From positions 1 to 64,000 of IMG/VR virus record IMGVR_UViG_3300010160_000037: 64,000 nt of DNA. One strand, given 5' to 3'. Below are positions 58,717 through 64,000 of this stretch, piece by piece (the first letter of the stretch is position 1; every line of letters begins with the position of its first letter). The notes beneath the pieces are model-generated. The model ran no database searches. It was not told the DNA's origin and saw only the letters and a list, made by a program, of their open reading frames with translations. The translations under genes were made by a program, and so were the position numbers. Source of the DNA: a virus.

Positions 58717-61233
58717 ATGGCATATACTGATCGTAATATTTTAATAACGCCAAACATTGGTTCAAGTACAGCTGAGCCGATAATAAGGTTCATCGGCGGT
58801 GGCTCAGCCAGCTCTGCATCTACATATATCCGTGTACTAGATAACGGCACACAAGCATGGGAAGGTACGAACGGACAATTAAAAAGTGTAATTGACAGCA
58901 TGGCTGGACAGTTGTTTACAGTTACTGATAAGAGCGGTATACCTAGCGTTATTGTACAAGACACTGGTGTAGTTAATATTGCACCTTACAACGGTATTAC
59001 ATATATTGGCGCATCAACGAGCCCAATCCAATCTACAAATACACAAACTGGTAGCCTACAAGTATTTGGTGGCGCAGGTATTAGTGGAAACTTAAACATT
59101 GGCGGCTCGTTCGCCATGAACGCCAACTTGGGTGTTGGTGGTGCAGGATCTACCTACGGTATTACAGTTTCAACAACAACAAACGTTGCAGGATACTTTT
59201 ATGACAATGCATCATTAAGAGCAGTTGCAATACAGGTCGGTAACAGCACATTTCCGTTAGGTCTAGGCCTAAACTCATATAACGTAGCAGGTACAACTTA
59301 TGTAAGTGGCACAGGATTTAATGCACAAGTTCAATTAACGTCTGGAAATTTAAACTTTCTAGTATCAAGTGCCAGTCAATCAGCTGGTGCCATTGCTACA
59401 CAGTTAAACGGATTAACAGTTTCAGCAACTGGTATTTTAGTACCACTATCAACAGCAATTACGGTTGCATCTGGTGTCGCAACAACGGGCACTGGTGCTA
59501 TAGTTACCTACGGTGGTATATCAGCAGGCGGTGGCCTTGTAACCGGTGCTGATGCCTTCCACAGCGGAGTGCGTATTGGTACAGGTAACTCAAATATTGC
59601 AACAAACTTAGTACTAGGTACAGGTGCAGGAGCCGCACTATTAACAGGTGGTACGAACGCATTAATTGGTTATCAAGCAGGTAATGCTCTAACAAGTTCT
59701 GCAGGTAATACTGCGATTGGCTATCAATCACTATTGGCACAAACAGCAACAGGCGGTAATAATACTGCGATCGGTTATCAGGCCATGTACACAGCCAACA
59801 ATACTGCTATGCAAAATAACGTTGCTATTGGGTATCGTGCGCTAGGTACAGGTAACGGTGGCTTCTACAACAACACGGCAATCGGATATCAAGCTGGTTT
59901 CCAGATGGCAGGTGGCTATCAAAATACCTTAATTGGCTACAATGCAGGTAACGCACTAACCAGCGGAGCAAGTAATACCCTGATTGGATTTGGTGCTGGT
60001 ACAAGCATCGGAGCCGCGATCAACAACGCAGTTATTATCGGTGGTAATGCTGGTGGTACGATTGTTGCCAACGGTATTATTATTTCTGACGGTGCAGGCA
60101 ATATTAGATTAATTGCCAACGGCAGTGGTGACTTTACAGTTAACTCAACTACTGCGGCTAACGGTACAGCAGGTACAGGTGCATTCGCAATAGCAGGCGG
60201 AGCAAGCATTGCGAGTGGTCTAACACTAGGCGGAGCACTATACATTGGTGGATCTGCAGGAACAAGTGGTTATGCACTAACATCAACTGGTACTGGTCTT
60301 GCATGGGCACAGACTGGTGTTACTGTCGCAAACATTACAACCAACGCTACCTATTATCCAACATTTACAAACTCAGTAAGTGGTGCTATCACAACGCTAA
60401 ACGTTAATAGCGCATCACTAACTTATAATCCAGGTACTACTACATTATCTTGCCCAACACACATTGCTACAACAACATTCCAGGGACCAATTGGTTCAGG
60501 TGTTACAGCATACTCAGGTAACTTTACAACCATTAACGGGTCAGGTCAGCTTACTGTTAGCGCAACTGGTGTTACACATACTATCACTGGTGCGGCATCA
60601 GGTGCATTGACTCTAAACAACAACTCAGCGGCAGTAGGCGGCGGCGTATGTTTACAGGTTAATGGTTCGGGCGATATTAACGTCACAAGCGGTGGTAGTT
60701 TATTCTTTGGTACCTACAATTACGGTACTGGTACGTATTTGCGTGGTAATGGTGGCGGCGAATGGTATCTGTATCGTTCGGGAAACAACACACTACAATC
60801 TAGCGGTACTGGCGCAATACAGGTTAACGGTTTACTATATGTGACCAGCGACCTTTACACTAATACTTCTGATATTAGGTTAAAAACAGTTCTTGCTCCT
60901 TTAACCAGTGCAAGTGCAAAACTTAAAACGCTCGATACATTTATCTATGTAAACAACGAGCTGGCTCTTAGCCTAGGACAAAAATCCACCCGTGAACAAG
61001 TTGGTGTGAACGCGGCACAGGTACAGGCAGTACAACCACAAGCTGTGGGAATAGCACCATTAGATGTAGACGAAAACGGTCTATCTAAGTCCGGAGAAAA
61101 CTATCTAACTGTACAATACGAAAAATTAGTACCGTTAGTAATAGCAGGACACAACGAACATTCAGACGAAATTGCGCAGTTAAAAGAAGAAATTGCGCAG
61201 TTAAAAGCATTAGTAGCAGGGCTACTTAAATAA
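58717..61233 (+). CDS. Tail fibre with YadA-like repeats and C-terminal intramolecular chaperone (peptidase S74-like)
   Basis: NTAIGYQA repeats; SDIRLK...GVNAAQVQAVQPQAV...YLTVQYEKLVPLVI plus coiled coil; TAAATA at 58691-58696. Confidence 0.8.
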   Translation: MAYTDRNILITPNIGSSTAEPIIRFIGGGSASSASTYIRVLDNGTQAWEGTNGQLKSVIDSMAGQLFTVTDKSGIPSVIVQDTGVVNIAPYNGITYIGASTSPIQSTNTQTGSLQVFGGAGISGNLNIGGSFAMNANLGVGGAGSTYGITVSTTTNVAGYFYDNASLRAVAIQVGNSTFPLGLGLNSYNVAGTTYVSGTGFNAQVQLTSGNLNFLVSSASQSAGAIATQLNGLTVSATGILVPLSTAITVASGVATTGTGAIVTYGGISAGGGLVTGADAFHSGVRIGTGNSNIATNLVLGTGAGAALLTGGTNALIGYQAGNALTSSAGNTAIGYQSLLAQTATGGNNTAIGYQAMYTANNTAMQNNVAIGYRALGTGNGGFYNNTAIGYQAGFQMAGGYQNTLIGYNAGNALTSGASNTLIGFGAGTSIGAAINNAVIIGGNAGGTIVANGIIISDGAGNIRLIANGSGDFTVNSTTAANGTAGTGAFAIAGGASIASGLTLGGALYIGGSAGTSGYALTSTGTGLAWAQTGVTVANITTNATYYPTFTNSVSGAITTLNVNSASLTYNPGTTTLSCPTHIATTTFQGPIGSGVTAYSGNFTTINGSGQLTVSATGVTHTITGAASGALTLNNNSAAVGGGVCLQVNGSGDINVTSGGSLFFGTYNYGTGTYLRGNGGGEWYLYRSGNNTLQSSGTGAIQVNGLLYVTSDLYTNTSDIRLKTVLAPLTSASAKLKTLDTFIYVNNELALSLGQKSTREQVGVNAAQVQAVQPQAVGIAPLDVDENGLSKSGENYLTVQYEKLVPLVIAGHNEHSDEIAQLKEEIAQLKALVAGLLK
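61168..61207 (+). repeat. 21-bp-period direct duplication (GAAATTGCGCAGTTAAAAG x2), one coiled-coil heptad
   Basis: Identical 19-mers at 61168 and 61189 encoding EIAQLK twice. Confidence 0.85.
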
Positions 61234-61258
61234 ATAATAGTAACAAGAGGACACTAAC

Positions 61259-62380
61259 ATGGCATTATACATTGGTAACACTAACATTATTCCGGGCATT
61301 TATCCGCTACCCAGCTCGGATACTTACTGTCGCGGAGCAACCTTAGTAACTGACGGAACCAACGCATTCTGGACTTATCCAGGTAGCCCATCGGGTAATC
61401 CACAAGCAGGTTATAGATACCGTAGTGTCCTAACACACGGATTTAGTGCGGCTGGATACAAGGGCGGTAATGCATGGCGTGCTCTTAACAAGACATGGCA
61501 TTCAACAGACATTACCTACTATTGCGGTGAGCAGTTGATGTACACCGGCGACTACATGGACGGTTTCTTTAGTGATTACAATGGTTACTCTTTAGGTACA
61601 AACAACGGCTTCGGCGGCGCAAACAGCCACACTGACAGTTTTAACCTGTACACAGGTTTGAATCGCAGTAAGACAGGCGGAACATTTAGTCCTTATTCAT
61701 TCGGTTATGTAGGTGACGATCCGCAAGCAGTTATGGGCTATGGTACTGTGGGCGGCTGGGACATGTCAGTTGCACGTCGAGCTCAGGGAGCAACAAGCGC
61801 GGCAACTTATCAATATGGATATTGCACAGGCGGTGGCCCAAGCTCAACAGAAAAAATGCACTTTCCATCAGAAGTTATGTATACTACTACTGGTAACAAT
61901 CGTGGAGGTGGCCCAACTTCTGGTTGTGGCGGTCAAGAAATTTCTTGGTTCTCAATCGGTGGCGGTTCGTCAGGCATTTATCATTCAAATGACAGCTGGT
62001 TTGGTTCTCCAACACAGTTTACTCCAGACGGATTTATGAAATTGTTAAGCACCAAGTATGGCTGGCATTACAGCGGTACAGGTAACAACGTACAGCAAGG
62101 TCGTGTGCAGTTTAACGAAACGTCTGGTTCAGCTATTGCTTACTTCTCACAGATATCAGCATATGGAGAAGACGTTATGATGGCAGGACAAGATTGGGGT
62201 TATATGACTGGTAACTATGACGGTCAGCAGAATAACAAGTGCGATAAGACAACTTATAACAACAACGCACAAACACGTATGCCAGCGGCAACACGTAATA
62301 AAGGGCACTATGGTGCAAGTTCAGGTCACGCAGTTTCTGCGGCGGCAACGGTAGCAAGTTCAGGACGTCCAGGAGTTTAA
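61259..62380 (+). CDS. Gly/Tyr/Ser-rich putative beta-propeller virion protein
   Basis: Recurrent GY..GG/GY..G blades; TAAATA at 61231-61236; GAGG RBS. Confidence 0.55.
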   Translation: MALYIGNTNIIPGIYPLPSSDTYCRGATLVTDGTNAFWTYPGSPSGNPQAGYRYRSVLTHGFSAAGYKGGNAWRALNKTWHSTDITYYCGEQLMYTGDYMDGFFSDYNGYSLGTNNGFGGANSHTDSFNLYTGLNRSKTGGTFSPYSFGYVGDDPQAVMGYGTVGGWDMSVARRAQGATSAATYQYGYCTGGGPSSTEKMHFPSEVMYTTTGNNRGGGPTSGCGGQEISWFSIGGGSSGIYHSNDSWFGSPTQFTPDGFMKLLSTKYGWHYSGTGNNVQQGRVQFNETSGSAIAYFSQISAYGEDVMMAGQDWGYMTGNYDGQQNNKCDKTTYNNNAQTRMPAATRNKGHYGASSGHAVSAAATVASSGRPGV

Positions 62381-62381
62381 T

Positions 62382-63347
62382 ATGCCAGATAACAATCCAA
62401 ATAATCGAGAAGTAGAGTATTCAGTAGACTTTTGGGATGTATCAGTATATCCAAACGTAGAAGCATTACCACCGGCATTGTACAGCGGCGATCCAACGTA
62501 TGATGTAAATCCTTTTGTGAATACCGAAATAATATACATGATAGTAGGAGATCATGTATTACCTAACTCATTGTTTGAAAGCATCCACAACGATCCTGCA
62601 ATGTATTGCGAAGAATTATATTCATTGTTCAATGTACAATGTGTAGCAATGAGCAAGCATTTGTATGATACGCTACATTATACCTGGCCTAGAGCAAAAA
62701 TTAATTTTATCTCTGAAAGTATGGCTCGAAATGGAAAACAATTCTTTGCAGACTATCGAGCCGCAGGTAAAGTTTGGATCTCAAATACAGAAGATAGAGC
62801 ACACGGACCGGATGGTATTTCTCCAACACAAAACTTAGATGCGGGATTCAAACTAGAAGTAGCAATCACAGATGATATCGTAAAAGATGTTCGAGATTTT
62901 ATGTTCTTGTTTGCAAAAGAAACTGTTGAAGATGAGTTTGAGCGCAGATACATGACAATGGCTCCGAGCGGTAAATTAGAGCAAGCATCATGGGAAACAC
63001 AAAAACACGAAGCCCGTGAATGGTTGACTAACCGAGGTCAAAACGGATCACGTACACCGTTTTTAGATTATCTAGCAACTTCACATAACCGTGATAAAAC
63101 AGCATTAGCAAATAAAATTTTAGAAAAAGCAGAAGTATATGAGGATCAGCTATCTGATTTGCTCGTAGCACAACAAAGAGTCATAGCCGATTTCAAAGCG
63201 GCCCAAACTGTGTGGGATATAAATATTCAATACGAAAGGTACTTCGGATTGGCTGTTCCTATTAAACAAGCACAAGAAATGGGATGGACTGAAGGACCTG
63301 ATAATACAATAAGAAAAACACAGGTGCCACATGGATTCCAATTCTAA
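62382..63347 (+). CDS. Hypothetical protein (fibre assembly-like)
   Basis: EQASWETQKHEAREW...TPFLDYLA...LANKILEKA resembles tail-fibre assembly/chaperone motifs. Confidence 0.55.
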   Translation: MPDNNPNNREVEYSVDFWDVSVYPNVEALPPALYSGDPTYDVNPFVNTEIIYMIVGDHVLPNSLFESIHNDPAMYCEELYSLFNVQCVAMSKHLYDTLHYTWPRAKINFISESMARNGKQFFADYRAAGKVWISNTEDRAHGPDGISPTQNLDAGFKLEVAITDDIVKDVRDFMFLFAKETVEDEFERRYMTMAPSGKLEQASWETQKHEAREWLTNRGQNGSRTPFLDYLATSHNRDKTALANKILEKAEVYEDQLSDLLVAQQRVIADFKAAQTVWDINIQYERYFGLAVPIKQAQEMGWTEGPDNTIRKTQVPHGFQF

Positions 63348-64000
63348 AAAAACAAACACATACATCAAAAACATAGAAAATATCGTAGCTTCGGATGTAA
63401 ATGAAATACATATCGATGATGATTTTCTAAAAAGGTACGACATGGGCGATTTCGAAAAAGAAATCATGACCTATGCCGTACATTCAAACATGGGCATGAC
63501 TGCCTATCAATGCCAAAACTTTGTAGCCCGCAGTCAACTTACCCCATGGCGTCAAGTTCGACAAGCCTATATGGAGCTCGAATCACGCTATCACGCTTAC
63601 CAAGAAATTAAAGCAAGCCTTCGAAAAGCAGAATTGCTACGAAAAAAGTGGGTACGCGACCAAGCTGAAGCGGTAGATGAAATTGCTAAAGAAATGTTAC
63701 AAGTAGATATTGATAAAAATGACTATGATATCACTATTTGGAAACGTAAAATGTTGCAAGCAGAACGTGAAATTAATGCGTTCCTAGAGATTGTTAAATT
63801 CTATGCAAAGACTGAGGAAGATCTTGAATGGTTTGCCGCAGAAAATGCAGAAGAAGAACGCAAGTATTGGATCGCACGTATGGGTAAACAGGCCGCAATG
63901 GATATTATAAGTTACGGTCGAGTTGCATCTGGTAATATGGACAGTATTGCTATGATGCCAGAAGGCGATCAAATCGAAGCTCTACAAATGGCCACAAAGT
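63331..64000 (+). CDS. Hypothetical coiled-coil protein, truncated by the window end
   Basis: Open frame from ATG 63331 to the end (MDSNSKK...FVARSQLTPWRQVRQAYMELESR...YWIARMGKQAAMDIISYGRV); absent from the ORF track because it has no stop. Confidence 0.75.
   Translation, partial: MDSNSKKTNTYIKNIENIVASDVNEIHIDDDFLKRYDMGDFEKEIMTYAVHSNMGMTAYQCQNFVARSQLTPWRQVRQAYMELESRYHAYQEIKASLRKAELLRKKWVRDQAEAVDEIAKEMLQVDIDKNDYDITIWKRKMLQAEREINAFLEIVKFYAKTEEDLEWFAAENAEEERKYWIARMGKQAAMDIISYGRVASGNMDSIAMMPEGDQIEALQMATK

Noticed and set aside
37466-60844. Many 60-190-aa antisense and alternative-frame ORFs within the fibre genes (e.g. 42094-42657, 49675-50100)
   Set aside because: They are shadow ORFs from Gly/Thr/Val/Ala codon bias; they lack RBSs and are fully nested in long genes.
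1-64000. CRISPR array, tRNA genes, diversity-generating retroelement, transposase or integrase
   Set aside because: I saw no regularly spaced DNA repeats, cloverleafs, reverse transcriptase, adenine-variant repeat pairs or recombinase motifs. The repeats are at the protein level.

Overview
This window is 64 kb of a large T4-like (myovirus, probably jumbo) phage genome in the standard genetic code. In order it holds: a minus-strand baseplate operon (gp6 start, gp25, gp5-like hub with a lambda-R-type lysozyme, hub, gp53/LysM-like, tube initiator); gp55 late sigma factor with gp47/gp46; a small accessory cassette (Hc1-like protein, 2OG-Fe(II) oxygenase, short GIY-YIG nuclease) followed by a ~450-nt hairpin-dense non-coding region; a gp26-like gene with a probable -1 frameshift extension, divergent from a tape-measure-like gene; the head module (gp20, core, gp21, gp22, gp23); and ~40 kb of virion fibre/appendage genes, including 3278-, 2297- and 4531-aa giants. 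The most striking observation is that the 3278-aa protein carries 15 tandem ~145-165-aa helical repeats, each with an invariant C-x-R-D. By eye these align with the phycobiliprotein (phycocyanin/allophycocyanin) fold around the bilin-attachment Cys84-Arg86-Asp87. Other notable signals are a TAAATA late-promoter regulon with probable leaderless mRNAs, an RBS-sequestering hairpin with a late promoter in its loop, and structured 5' leaders. All family assignments come from motif recognition by eye; no searches were run.
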